Positions 9,984 through 19,992 of a stretch of 64,000 nucleotides of DNA are shown here, one piece after another. Position 1 is the stretch's first letter, and every line of letters begins with the position of its first letter. Position numbers and translations under genes: made by a program. This DNA comes from Deltaproteobacteria bacterium (GTDB taxonomy: Bacteria; Myxococcota_A; Polyangia; JAAYKL01): positions 22,878 through 86,877 of the forward strand of contig JAFGWT010000273.1 of NCBI GenBank assembly GCA_016937015.1, written 5' to 3'. Below the pieces are notes generated by a model, which saw only the letters and a program-made list of their open reading frames with translations, searched no databases and was not told the DNA's origin.

Positions 9984-10095
9984 TTCAGTTGCCGCCTCTC
10001 CATCCCCAAAAAAAGCATATTTTTTTTCAGTCGGTTCTCTCCGATGTGATGTCCGGGATTTGTTCCTGTAAATACCTCAAAAGGAGCGTGACTGA

Positions 10096-11172
10096 ATGAA
10101 AATTTATGCAAATTATCTGATTCTCGCCGCCTGCTATATGCTGGCAGGCACCACAATTGGCTGCGACGGCGAAATTTTTGATACCGTTGAACGAAAAAGC
10201 GATACCGAAACTGGCCAACCTCCCCAAAACCAGGGTTCAAACATGTCGCAGACCCCGGTTGATATGGTATCCAGTGCGGAGTCGCCTGTTCAAACTGTTG
10301 TGGATACAGATTCCGCTGCGGGTAATACGCCTGAAACTGGTGCCGCCCTATCCACCGATAGCGCTGCGTTGTCCAATAGCGTTACAGACACTGCTGAACC
10401 GGCATCGTCCCCAAACGCCAATGCCGAAAATTGTGTGGCGCCGTCCAGAGAGGACTACATGGCCAGCCATGGTATCACCGCCGATAACAGAGATTTGACT
10501 GATCCCAATGTGGTAACGGCAAAGGCGTATACCCAGCTTTTCATTTTTGACAAATCCGGCAGTATGGATAGCGCATGGAATGAAGATGGCGGTTCAAAAT
10601 GGGACATTGCCCGAGATACTATGATTGCCGCCGTTTCTCCATTTCAACAGTATTTAAGTGCAGGGGCCATATTTTTTTCGCTGGAGGACGGCACGCATGA
10701 AGTCGCCTTAATCGACTCAGGAAAACAAATAGACTATGCCAGCGCCACCGATTTTCTGGATATATGGGACGAAAACATGGGTATGTACGCAGCAGGTGGC
10801 GGCACCCCGCTAATGGATGCATTGGAAGCGGCCAATGATGCAATTGCCCACGCCTGCGAACTGGGTCTGTTAAACTGGCCTTTTGAAATCACTCTGATTA
10901 CGGATGGAATGCCCGATTACTGGAATTCACAGAGAGGCCTTGAACTCGTTAAGGATTGGTACGACCACGGCATTCCGACATCAGTGGTCGGCATGCCAGG
11001 TTCGGATTCCGCAACGCAGATTCTGTCGGACATCGCCGCTGTTGGAAGTGGCGGCGAACTCCAGATTGATGGCACTGTGGACAATTCCACCGCTACGGCA
11101 GAAGAAATTGTATATACACAGGACAGTACTGTGACTGATTTTGAAGAAGATATGATGCTGCTGGTGGAATAA
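10096..11172 (+). CDS. Lipoprotein with von Willebrand factor A (vWA) domain and Ser/Thr/Asp-rich linker
   Basis: Lipobox ..TIGC; MIDAS motif LFIFDKSGSMD; acidic S/T-rich spacer after the signal peptide. Confidence 0.6.
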   Translation: MKIYANYLILAACYMLAGTTIGCDGEIFDTVERKSDTETGQPPQNQGSNMSQTPVDMVSSAESPVQTVVDTDSAAGNTPETGAALSTDSAALSNSVTDTAEPASSPNANAENCVAPSREDYMASHGITADNRDLTDPNVVTAKAYTQLFIFDKSGSMDSAWNEDGGSKWDIARDTMIAAVSPFQQYLSAGAIFFSLEDGTHEVALIDSGKQIDYASATDFLDIWDENMGMYAAGGGTPLMDALEAANDAIAHACELGLLNWPFEITLITDGMPDYWNSQRGLELVKDWYDHGIPTSVVGMPGSDSATQILSDIAAVGSGGELQIDGTVDNSTATAEEIVYTQDSTVTDFEEDMMLLVE

Positions 11173-11220
11173 CGAGGGCTATGATGGTGCGCGCTTAATC
11201 TTGCAGGTGAAAGTTGCGAT

Positions 11221-12483
11221 TTACGGGAATCTGAATCCCACCATAAATTCAAATCCATACCCGCGCCCAAAATTGATAACCTTTGACACCTGTTCCTCCA
11301 CAATCTGATTCAGCGTCTCATCCGGCGACCAATCCGGACCGGCATTGGGAGGAGGCTCGATGCCAAGACGATCAGCCAGCGCCGTCCGGTCGCTTTCACT
11401 TTCCAAATCGTAGTCATTCCAGTCAATGGATTCGACATCATTCTGAGTGATGCCATACTGCGACTCCAGGTCGGCGTACAGCGCATCCTGATCCGGCATT
11501 TTTTTACGAATACCTGTCACGCCGAGCATAAACGCGAATTCAACAACAATTCCAAGATGTTTGGCAACGTACCATGTAAATCCAGCGGGGATTCGGCCAT
11601 AAATATCGGCACCATACTCGATACCATCGCCAAAAAGATACGTTCCGTGAAAACCAATTCCCAGATGAGGGAAAAAGCTACCCCATGATCCACGGAACAT
11701 AAGGTTCATCTGACCTCCGGCTGCCAGCAGGCTACCCGACACACCACTGCTTAAATCCTCGCTGAAACTGCGGATGTCACCACCAATCTTTTGGTATGCG
11801 AGCAACGGGACAAGTTCAAACGCGAGCCCGTCACCTCCCATGTCGAGATGCAGTTTCAGTACAAATGAGTTTCGTTTATCAACATTAAAAGAAAGACCAT
11901 CATACTCAAACTCAGATTCCGGGAAGTAGGCGTATCCAATCTGCGGGGAGAAGGAAAACGGAGCGAACGTCTGTTCGTCTTCACCAGAAGGAGAAGACAC
12001 CGGCGCAGGCGGCTGAGTAATCGGTTCCGACGCGGGCGGCACTGATTCGTCAACCGGGGTGGGGGGGCCCTCAACAACGGGTTCAGGTGGTGCTTCAACA
12101 GGCGCCAGTGGTTGCGCAGGGACCGTGGTGATGCCAGTCAGATTCGCTGGGGTATTTGCAGCGCTGGGACCAGCTGGCGGTAGAGTGGCAGGCGCCAATG
12201 GTTGAGAAAGTGGCGGCGGACCGGCAGGTGAAACCGGTGGTGATTCGACCATAGGCGGCTCCTCAACCGGTGTGGGAGGTTCCTCCAGTGCAGGGGGGGA
12301 AACTTCGGCAGGGGGTGGTTCTTCCGTTGGGGGCAGTTCTTCGGCCGGAGGTTGGACTTCATCCGGGGCTTCCGACATCGGCGGTGCCTCTATGGCGCCG
12401 TCATCGGCGAAAGCCGTCGTGCCTTGAGTTATCGGCAAAAACAGAAAGACAAGGGCAGCCACGGCAGGCACGTGTAATTTCAT
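11221..12483 (-). CDS. Secreted proline-rich protein (EPP/PPA repeats) with C-terminal globular domain
   Basis: AAGGAG RBS 7 nt upstream of ATG (rc 12481-12483); signal peptide MKLHVPAVAALVFLFLPITQG; ~150-aa Pro-rich segment. Confidence 0.55.
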   Translation of the reverse strand: MKLHVPAVAALVFLFLPITQGTTAFADDGAIEAPPMSEAPDEVQPPAEELPPTEEPPPAEVSPPALEEPPTPVEEPPMVESPPVSPAGPPPLSQPLAPATLPPAGPSAANTPANLTGITTVPAQPLAPVEAPPEPVVEGPPTPVDESVPPASEPITQPPAPVSSPSGEDEQTFAPFSFSPQIGYAYFPESEFEYDGLSFNVDKRNSFVLKLHLDMGGDGLAFELVPLLAYQKIGGDIRSFSEDLSSGVSGSLLAAGGQMNLMFRGSWGSFFPHLGIGFHGTYLFGDGIEYGADIYGRIPAGFTWYVAKHLGIVVEFAFMLGVTGIRKKMPDQDALYADLESQYGITQNDVESIDWNDYDLESESDRTALADRLGIEPPPNAGPDWSPDETLNQIVEEQVSKVINFGRGYGFEFMVGFRFP

Positions 12484-12591
12484 AGGTACTCCTTTGAAAA
12501 GATTTTTCTTTCTGGACAAACCATCGTAAAATCGCCTACACCAAGTCTAACACAAGATGCAGGGTTGCGAAGCGTAAGAAGGAGCTTTCCG

Positions 12592-12948
12592 ATGGAAATT
12601 TCAGAAAAAATTAAAATCTGCAAAGTTGTTGCACAGGCGGTTCTCGCAGATGGACAAATTACCGATGAAGAAGATGGCTTCATCAAAGCCCTGATGGATA
12701 AATATGCACTCACCGATGAGCAGCGTAACGCTGTGATGGAGCGCAACATCGATGACGATCCAGCCTCTCTCGTCGAGGGTATAACAGCATTTTCATCGAA
12801 AAACGAGCTTATCGTTGAACTGGTAATGGCCGTTGCCGCAGACAATAAATTGACTAAAACCGAAACCCAGCTTCTAAACACAGTCGCAGCGGCCATTGGC
12901 GTCGACGAAGCAGACATGGCCATGCTTGTTAAAAATGCGTTGATGTAG
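12592..12948 (+). CDS. TerB-like (tellurite-resistance TerB / DjlA N-terminal-like) domain protein
   Basis: AAGGAG RBS before ATG 12592; ..DGQITDEEDGFI..LTDEQRNAVME.. pattern typical of TerB-family helical bundle. Confidence 0.45.
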   Translation: MEISEKIKICKVVAQAVLADGQITDEEDGFIKALMDKYALTDEQRNAVMERNIDDDPASLVEGITAFSSKNELIVELVMAVAADNKLTKTETQLLNTVAAAIGVDEADMAMLVKNALM

Positions 12949-12993
12949 TTCGTCCAGGACGTTACGTCCGCTCATATAAATGGATACCGCGTA

Positions 12994-13371
12994 ATGATTG
13001 AGGTGCTTTGTGTAATGACAGCCGGCGCGGTTGGCGCTCTGGCACGGTGGGGGACGGACAATCTCTCAAGACACTATCTGGGTGCGGCGTTCCCCTGGGG
13101 CACCCTGTTTGTCAACGTACTGGGGTGCTTTCTGTTTGGTCTCTTCATGCAAATCGACGCCCAGAGCGGCGGATTTTCCAAACCGCTAAAACTGGTTGTC
13201 ACCAGTGGGTTTCTTGGCGCGTTCACCACTTTTTCCACGTTTGGATTCAACACATGGATTTTTATTAAAGACGGTCATTACACATCGGCGTTGCTCAATA
13301 TTGGCACCAATCTGATATTGGGTATTCTGGCAGTATGGGGCGGCGCCACAATTGCAAAATTCCTGAACTGA
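12994..13371 (+). CDS. crcB: Fluoride ion channel CrcB/Fluc
   Basis: Four-TM ~125-aa protein with GALARW, FPWGTLFVNVLGCFLFG and GFLGAFTTFSTF motifs; start may be 13015. Confidence 0.8.
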   Translation: MIEVLCVMTAGAVGALARWGTDNLSRHYLGAAFPWGTLFVNVLGCFLFGLFMQIDAQSGGFSKPLKLVVTSGFLGAFTTFSTFGFNTWIFIKDGHYTSALLNIGTNLILGILAVWGGATIAKFLN

Positions 13372-13500
13372 CGTTTTTTTTTACACTCAGTAAATACATG
13401 AATATACGGCACTATTTTGCGTGAAATTGTTTGTCAAACCACTCTAATTTGTATACGATTGCGCAGATTTTCAATCGTAAACGTTTACTGAAAGGTACCC

Positions 13501-15414
13501 TTGATGCCGAAAATGTTCCGAAGCATATCAGTTTTCGTCGTTATATTGAGCTTTATCCCGATAAGTCTTTGGGCTCAAAGCAATCGTCTCGTGCGAAGCG
13601 GTCATGGTATGTCCCAATCCCTTTTTGATCCCGCAATTGACACGAAAGGGCACATTACAGTTGATGGCAGTCCTGTGCTTCCTCATCTTCGCTTTTCTCT
13701 CGGCCTGCTGCTCGATTTGGGTTTTAATTCATGGGTAGCTGTGGAGCAGAATGATACGCCTATCGAGGATGAAATACCCACTACTCACAGTGGCGAGTTC
13801 ACAACAATAGACGGATATAATCACATCACACTCGACCGCATGGTGTCCGCCCGATTTCAGGCCAACTTTGGGTTGTTCAACCGATTTGCTGTTGGTCTTC
13901 AAATTCCATTGCTTGTGCCAGTGGGTCAATATTATTCCTTTGACGCTGAAGGTTACGAAGATCAAACCCATTGGTCCAACAAAGGGACGTTCGGGGACAT
14001 TTCTCTGCACATTAAAGCTTCCATACTGCGATCCGATTGGCATCCGTTTGGTCTCGCGTTCATTGCTCAGTATTTTATTCCCACAGGCAAGTCCGAATTA
14101 CTTACCGGCGAACCTGGCGGCGGTGCATTTGCATTTAAGGCGATTTTGGATGCTGAACCGTTTTCCTGGTACCGAATTGGGTTTAACGCAGGCGTCCGGC
14201 TGCCGCTTGGTGCAGAAGAGCGCAATCTGCTTAGCTGGCATCGTGGCGATGATGCCTATGATGATATTGAAGGTCACGTAAACGGATGTGATGGTGACTG
14301 TCAGGACAATGAACCTCGCGAATTGTTTAAATATGGTTCGTCCTTTTACTTCGGCGTCGGTCAGAGTATTACGATGTTTCCTGAAATCATGGACCTGGTG
14401 CTGGAATTTTACGGAAATCAACTGATTTCCCAAATGGGCAATACAAAATATCTGTCATTGGAGGCATCCGGCGCGCTCAAATTTTTCATCGAGGAAAGCT
14501 CTTATCTGATGGCAGGATATGCCCATGGTATTCCGGTTGCCGATACCCAATCCGGTTATGCATATCAGAACATGGAACATCGTATGTTCCTGGGATTTTG
14601 CTACGAACCGTCCATGGATGTACTTATTCGCGACGAAGACATGGATCGTGACGGAGACGGTATTCCCGATAAGAGCGATGCATGTCCCGACGATCCAGAG
14701 GATTTGAACGGAATTGAAGATGATGACGGTTGCCCCGAAAACGATATGGACGGTGACGGCATCAAAGATAAGTTCGACCGTTGCCCACTGGTGCCCGAGG
14801 ACCGTGACGGTGATCGCGATGACGACGGCTGCCCAGAGTCAAACGAATACGTGGGTGCTGCAAACGCTGGTCCATCGCAGACATCTGACCGCGATATGGA
14901 CAGGATAGTCGATGTAAACGATCAATGCCCTGATTCACCTGAAACCTACAACGGTTTCAATGACGAAGACGGCTGCCCGGATGAAGGCGATGTCGTTGTG
15001 ACCGCCGGCGAAATCCAGATTTTAAAGAAAATATATTTTGAGTACAATTCTTCAACTATCAAACCCATTTCTTACCCAATTCTGGACCAGGTGGCTGCGA
15101 CAATCATTAACAATCCGCAAATCACAAAAATCGAAGTTCAAGGCCACGCTGATGAGCGGGGAAAAGACAGCTACAACCTGAAACTCACCAAACGTCGCGC
15201 GCGTTCGGTAAAAAAATACCTTACGGGAAAAGGTGTTCCGGATGCGAAACTTCAATCACAGGGATATGGCGAGTACTGCCCCATTGATGAGTCAGGTACC
15301 GAGAAAGCCTGGGAAGAAAATCGCCGCGTTGAATTTAAAGTGGTTACGCTTAATAACAAACCCACTGGAATTAAACTCGGCTGTGCGCTTTCTGATCAAA
15401 AAGGTGTGAAGTAA
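13501..15414 (+). CDS. OmpA-family outer-membrane protein with thrombospondin type-3 (Ca-binding) repeats and C-terminal OmpA/MotB peptidoglycan-binding domain
   Basis: Signal peptide; N-terminal beta-barrel-like region; repeated DxDxDGxxDxxDxCP units (14626-15001); C-terminal ..NSSTIKP..ILDQVA..KIEVQGHADERG..YNLKLTKRRARSV.. Confidence 0.75.
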   Translation: MMPKMFRSISVFVVILSFIPISLWAQSNRLVRSGHGMSQSLFDPAIDTKGHITVDGSPVLPHLRFSLGLLLDLGFNSWVAVEQNDTPIEDEIPTTHSGEFTTIDGYNHITLDRMVSARFQANFGLFNRFAVGLQIPLLVPVGQYYSFDAEGYEDQTHWSNKGTFGDISLHIKASILRSDWHPFGLAFIAQYFIPTGKSELLTGEPGGGAFAFKAILDAEPFSWYRIGFNAGVRLPLGAEERNLLSWHRGDDAYDDIEGHVNGCDGDCQDNEPRELFKYGSSFYFGVGQSITMFPEIMDLVLEFYGNQLISQMGNTKYLSLEASGALKFFIEESSYLMAGYAHGIPVADTQSGYAYQNMEHRMFLGFCYEPSMDVLIRDEDMDRDGDGIPDKSDACPDDPEDLNGIEDDDGCPENDMDGDGIKDKFDRCPLVPEDRDGDRDDDGCPESNEYVGAANAGPSQTSDRDMDRIVDVNDQCPDSPETYNGFNDEDGCPDEGDVVVTAGEIQILKKIYFEYNSSTIKPISYPILDQVAATIINNPQITKIEVQGHADERGKDSYNLKLTKRRARSVKKYLTGKGVPDAKLQSQGYGEYCPIDESGTEKAWEENRRVEFKVVTLNNKPTGIKLGCALSDQKGVK

Positions 15415-16061
15415 ACGTTTCACTGCCCCAGCTCCCGTTTGCCCCTGCCCTCTTCCCACATTGCTTTTTGTTTTGCACTTGCCCAGCATGATTTGATTGC
15501 TATTTAGTCATGACATTAACTGAATTTATCAAGACGCCTGCCGTTAGATTCAGTGCTCATTGCAGAGGCGTTCTCCTGGCTTTCCCCTGGTTGCTTTTGC
15601 GGCACATCATCAGCAGGCTGATTGCCTTTACTTAGGTAAAGAAGCTTGTTGCATACTGATGAACGCGCCAACCTCGCTTCCGAAAACTTGAATGTCACCG
15701 TTGAAACGCACATCGTTTTCTTAATTCAGGTCAACAGGTTTTGTAAAAAAACTCTGAGTCGGCAAGGTTTCCAACTATTTCGGCGGGCACCATCCGCGTC
15801 CTTTTAAAGATACGATGTCACGGTGGACCTTTTGGACGCCAAAAAACCAAGGTATCACAGGCTGTAATGCAACACATCAATAAACAACAGTCTTTTGCGC
15901 CTGATAGTGTTCTTCCACGGACGAGGCGCATCCTACAATAGGCAGGTACTGTTGGTCGTTGCGGTAAACATGCAGCTCTGCGATTGTCAAAGACCGCAAA
16001 TGATAAGTTGCAAACAATAGGGGAATAGGGGAATGAAGCAAATCAGGTGAAATGAGGAGAA

Positions 16062-17495
16062 CTACTCAGCAGAACCAGCGTTATTGGCTTTGTTGGCTTT
16101 GTATTCTTCGAAGAGTTCCTCTGAATTGATACCACTTGCGGTAATGGCGGGAACGGGCTCACGAGAACAGTTATCGTCGAGAGGTCCGAACATATTATCC
16201 TGCTCCTCACCCATGATTTTTAACAATTTGGCCATCTCTTCCAGACGGGAAATGTATGCATTAAAATGCGACTGAGTGGCATTTTGCAAAACGGATTTTT
16301 TGGATTGCGCACCAACCGGGATCACATAGGAATCCGGCTCAGTGGTCAACTTGTCGTCCGCGCCTTCAGGATTGTAAAGCTTCCGTTTATCGCTAAAGGA
16401 ACCTGGCTTGGCTTGAATCTGGATTTCGTCGCCTTCCGCTGCGCCAAGTAAAACGATATTACCAGTAAGTGCGCCATTGTTGTTTTTATCGCGACTGAAA
16501 ATCACACCGTAATTAGCCTGCATCAGCTTAGCAAACTCCTCACCGGCTGCAGACAATGCTTTCTCATCGTTATTGGTCGCAGCGCGATGCTCTGCAATCA
16601 GATTGGCCAACTGATCCCAATTGCGAAACAGATTGGCCATCATCTGCACAACCAATGGATTGAGCGCTTTATAATTGCGTTCTGTAAAGAGGCGTGCATC
16701 AAATGGATTGCCTTTAACCTTTTGAGCCAGCAAAGCAACGTGTGCCTTATTGAATTTTTTCTGCTGTGCATCAGCCAGAGCAGTATTGACTGCCGCCTGC
16801 ACCTCTCCGTGAAGATTACGCAGCTCCTTCATTTCGTATTGAATGATCCAGGCATCGGCAAGTACCTTATTGAGAACACCGCGCTGGTTCACCGCAAGTC
16901 CGGCGCCGTAACCGATGCCAAAGAACACTAAGCCCAGGATGGCGCCAATAACGAAAAGCGCTTTGGTGTTTTTTCCTGGCGCCAAATCGCCAAGCCCTGC
17001 GGAACCCATATCAGATGCGGCATCAATAGGGGCGCTGAAAGAACCAGGCGCCGGTCCGCTTTGTGCAAACGGATCTCGTGCCATCTCTTTTTGTCGCTCA
17101 GCTTCCTGCTGTTTTTTAATAAAATCGGGCACCGCACCGCCAGCTGCAGGGCCAGGCATGGGGGCAACACTGGGCCCGCCAATACCGGGGAGACCGCCAG
17201 CCGGTTTTGCGCCGATACCGGGGAGACCACCGGCGGGTCGCTGACCAATGCCGGGGAGACCGCCCGCTGCCGGGGCAACGGAACCGAGACCTGGAAGTCC
17301 ACCTGGCGCAGGTGCTGTCGAACCAAGGCCGGGGAGGCCGCCACCCACGGGCCTTGCCCCCAGACCTGGCAAACCGCCAGCGGGTCTGGAACCGAGTCCG
17401 GGTAAACCGCCTGCTGCAGGAACAGTACTGGTTGGTTGTAGTGGAGCACCTGCTGGAGATGCGCTAGTTTGTCCTAAGTTTTTCTGGTCGCTCAA
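16062..17495 (-). CDS. Membrane protein with 8 N-terminal GGLPG(L/I)G tandem repeats, one TM helix and a C-terminal extracytoplasmic domain; function unknown
   Basis: Repeats (R/K)PAGGLPG(L/I)G x8 at residues ~27-112; TM ALFVIGAILGLVFFGIGYGAGL; no family assignment possible. Confidence 0.55.
   Translation of the reverse strand: MSDQKNLGQTSASPAGAPLQPTSTVPAAGGLPGLGSRPAGGLPGLGARPVGGGLPGLGSTAPAPGGLPGLGSVAPAAGGLPGIGQRPAGGLPGIGAKPAGGLPGIGGPSVAPMPGPAAGGAVPDFIKKQQEAERQKEMARDPFAQSGPAPGSFSAPIDAASDMGSAGLGDLAPGKNTKALFVIGAILGLVFFGIGYGAGLAVNQRGVLNKVLADAWIIQYEMKELRNLHGEVQAAVNTALADAQQKKFNKAHVALLAQKVKGNPFDARLFTERNYKALNPLVVQMMANLFRNWDQLANLIAEHRAATNNDEKALSAAGEEFAKLMQANYGVIFSRDKNNNGALTGNIVLLGAAEGDEIQIQAKPGSFSDKRKLYNPEGADDKLTTEPDSYVIPVGAQSKKSVLQNATQSHFNAYISRLEEMAKLLKIMGEEQDNMFGPLDDNCSREPVPAITASGINSEELFEEYKANKANNAGSAE
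17160..17420. repeat. Imperfect ~27-30-bp tandem DNA repeats encoding the GGLPGLG units
   Basis: Recurrent ..ccggggagaccgcc.. / ..accgccagcggg.. units visible in sequence. Confidence 0.6.
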
Positions 17496-17781
17496 CGTAT
17501 TCCTCCCAAGCTTCGACGCGTCAGAAACTTCCCTGGAAGTTTCGCTATTTTGTACTGTGAGGCAGCATTACTGCCTGGGGCGCCTCCAGCCTGAACTGTC
17601 GGCTAAACTCCAAACAGTTGTTTGGCGGCCAAACATTACTGACAATTCCCCTTCCTTGTCAAGGCATCTGATCGTATAAAGTAATGGAAATATCAACACT
17701 TTAACAGTGCAAATTTACCTACAGAGGAACTTAACAGAATCATTACAAATCATGCCCTGTCTGAAGGATTTTCCATTATTT

Positions 17782-18453
17782 ATGCCACAGAAATCGACAG
17801 CCTATTTCTCTTTGATAACAGCAACTGCGGCGCTTTTTTTCTTCGCACCATCAGTATGTTCATCCACCGATTTATCGGTCGATTACCAGGGTAAATTCGG
17901 AATTGGTGCAGAGCTGGGATATACTCGCCTTCCACTTCGGAACCGTCATGCGCCAGACCACGTGCCTGGAATATCTGGCGGATTTCGAATCTTCTGGGCC
18001 ATTACCAACGCCATCGGTCTCGAAGCATCAATCATCGGAAGCAATCTGCGCGACTATGAACCGTTAATGTCCATTCCCTCCGAAGACGAGACGCTTGCAC
18101 CCCAGGTCGTTGCCTATCCCAAGGTATATCGTCCGCAGCAGCAACAGTTGTCAGTCGGGGTTATTTACAATCTCGATATTTACAGACTCACTCCCAGTAT
18201 TTCAGCCGGATTTGCACGAATGCGCACAGGCGCATTTTCGGTGGAACGCGGTGCAACTGTAATGGACAATCATTTATATCTGAATTTAGGTGCAGATTAT
18301 CGTATTACCTCGTATGTCTGGGCCGGTTTCCATACGCGTTTCAATCTTGCCCTAAGTGAAAATGCCCCTTATTCCGGCCCGATTGGCTTTATGATTAGAA
18401 TTACTGCGGTTTGGACAATTGAAAGATTGAGTTCCTCATTTAAAAAAAGGTAA
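17782..18453 (+). CDS. Putative outer-membrane beta-barrel protein
   Basis: Signal peptide MPQKSTAYFSLITATAALFFFAPSVC; alternating amphipathic beta-strand-like segments. Confidence 0.4.
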   Translation: MPQKSTAYFSLITATAALFFFAPSVCSSTDLSVDYQGKFGIGAELGYTRLPLRNRHAPDHVPGISGGFRIFWAITNAIGLEASIIGSNLRDYEPLMSIPSEDETLAPQVVAYPKVYRPQQQQLSVGVIYNLDIYRLTPSISAGFARMRTGAFSVERGATVMDNHLYLNLGADYRITSYVWAGFHTRFNLALSENAPYSGPIGFMIRITAVWTIERLSSSFKKR

Positions 18454-18463
18454 AAAGTAGCCA

Positions 18464-19210
18464 ATGAAGCCCGTACTCACCATCTGCCTCCTTCTAACAA
18501 TGGCTTTGTTGTCCTGTGGCGGCAACCGGCAGAGGCCTACTAACCCACACCACGGTGCTTTTTTTCGTTCAGAATGGCAGCCAATTTACCTTGCAGGTAA
18601 TGATACATCATTAACATCCGCAACAATATCCGCAACATCCGCCTCCCATGCAAAAAAGGAAACCGAGACATTTCGCGCAACTGGGAATGCCATGCGTGAC
18701 GCCATCGTACGCGAGGCGCTTCAGTTATACCGCTCGGGAAAATCGGCAGAACACTATGGCGACGGCGATGTGGCCGACGTTTTCAACAAGGCCGGGTATC
18801 CCGGCTGTTGGCAGACGAACGATGATGTGCCGAAAATGGTAAAGAAAGCGGTTCAACTAAAGGCTTATCGCACCAAAGAAAAACCGGAGCCCGGAGATTT
18901 GTTGCTTTTTCACAACCAGACAGATCGAAATCGCAATGGCAAATCTGATGACTGGTTTACCGGTGTGGCCATCGTTGTTGAGACGGGGCGTCACACTCAT
19001 TTGGCGGTAACACGCACCGGTGGTCAACCCATAAAAATTTTCATTTCCCCGAATGGGCCAATGGTCCGGACTTATAAAGGCACAACCGTAAACAGCTTTG
19101 TTCGCCTTCCTGGTCCCCATGATCCGCTGGACGCCCAGTATCTGTCCGGGCAGCTGTACGCAGGATTCATTGATTCCGAAGTGATTGTCTCCCGGCGCGA
19201 TGTCAAATAA
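18464..19210 (+). CDS. Hypothetical lipoprotein
   Basis: Lipobox LLSCGG; no confident domain call. Confidence 0.45.
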   Translation: MKPVLTICLLLTMALLSCGGNRQRPTNPHHGAFFRSEWQPIYLAGNDTSLTSATISATSASHAKKETETFRATGNAMRDAIVREALQLYRSGKSAEHYGDGDVADVFNKAGYPGCWQTNDDVPKMVKKAVQLKAYRTKEKPEPGDLLLFHNQTDRNRNGKSDDWFTGVAIVVETGRHTHLAVTRTGGQPIKIFISPNGPMVRTYKGTTVNSFVRLPGPHDPLDAQYLSGQLYAGFIDSEVIVSRRDVK

Positions 19211-19239
19211 TTGTCAAACAAGCAAGGCATCCCAACGAT

Positions 19240-19992
19240 ATGAGCAAGGAACGAATTGACAAATTGATGGTTGAACAACAACTCGCACCGACCCGGCAAA
19301 GGGCTCAGGCACTGCTGATGGCTGGGCAGGTGTTGGTGGACGATACCGCAGTCACCAAAGCGGGGACCCTTGTGAGTCGCGTTGCGGCCATTCGTATTCG
19401 CGGCGAACAGAATCCCTATGTTTCAAGAGGCGGACTAAAGATGGCGGGTGCGCTCGATCTGCTGCATATCGATGTGTCGCAAAAAATCGTGCTTGATATT
19501 GGCGCATCAACCGGTGGATTTACCGATTGCTGCCTGCAGAAAGGCGCGTTGAAATCCTATGCCGTCGATGTAGGCACAAACCAGTTGGTCTATTCACTGC
19601 GAACGGACGCGCGAGTGGTGAGTTACGAACAGACCAATGCCCGAGATATCACCCCGGAGCTGTTTGATCCACCGCCAAATTTCGCGGTGATTGACGTTTC
19701 TTTCATATCAATAACCAAGCTGCTTCAACCTGTGGTGGACTGTCTTTCCGCCTCCGCTGATATTCTGGCCATGGTGAAACCCCAGTTCGAAGTGGGCAAG
19801 GACAAAGTGGGCAAAGGCGGCGTGGTCCGAAGCGATGCGGATCGCATGGCAGCAGTTGAGAAAGTTAAGGCCTGCGCCATTGAGCTGGGGCTCGAGGTTA
19901 TTGCTCAGGCCGAATCAGTAATCAGCGGTCCCAAAGGAAACCGGGAAGTGTTCGTCCATTTTAAAAAGAGGATTTGTCCGGATACACCATGA
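19240..19992 (+). CDS. tlyA: TlyA-family rRNA 2'-O-ribose methyltransferase (S4 + FtsJ-like domains)
   Basis: N-terminal S4-like RIDKLMVEQQLAPTRQRAQALLMAGQVLVD; SAM motif VLDIGASTGGFTDCCLQKGA. Confidence 0.8.
   Translation: MSKERIDKLMVEQQLAPTRQRAQALLMAGQVLVDDTAVTKAGTLVSRVAAIRIRGEQNPYVSRGGLKMAGALDLLHIDVSQKIVLDIGASTGGFTDCCLQKGALKSYAVDVGTNQLVYSLRTDARVVSYEQTNARDITPELFDPPPNFAVIDVSFISITKLLQPVVDCLSASADILAMVKPQFEVGKDKVGKGGVVRSDADRMAAVEKVKACAIELGLEVIAQAESVISGPKGNREVFVHFKKRICPDTP

Noticed and set aside
12949-13014. Possible fluoride (crcB-motif) riboswitch upstream of crcB
   Set aside because: There is a GGACG-TTA-CGTCC hairpin and a TAATGATTGAGG segment. However, the conserved GGNGATGG...AAACNGCC...TAATGACTCC arrangement and pseudoknot pairing of the crcB motif cannot be reconstructed. 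The resemblance is likely coincidental.
17160-17420. Regular short repeats that could be mistaken for a CRISPR array
   Set aside because: Units are contiguous with no spacers, imperfect, and lie in-frame within a coding sequence.
17248-17679. Plus-strand ORF encoding a Pro/Gly-rich peptide
   Set aside because: It is antisense to the GGLPGLG repeat region. The repeat-driven open frame is a low-complexity artefact.
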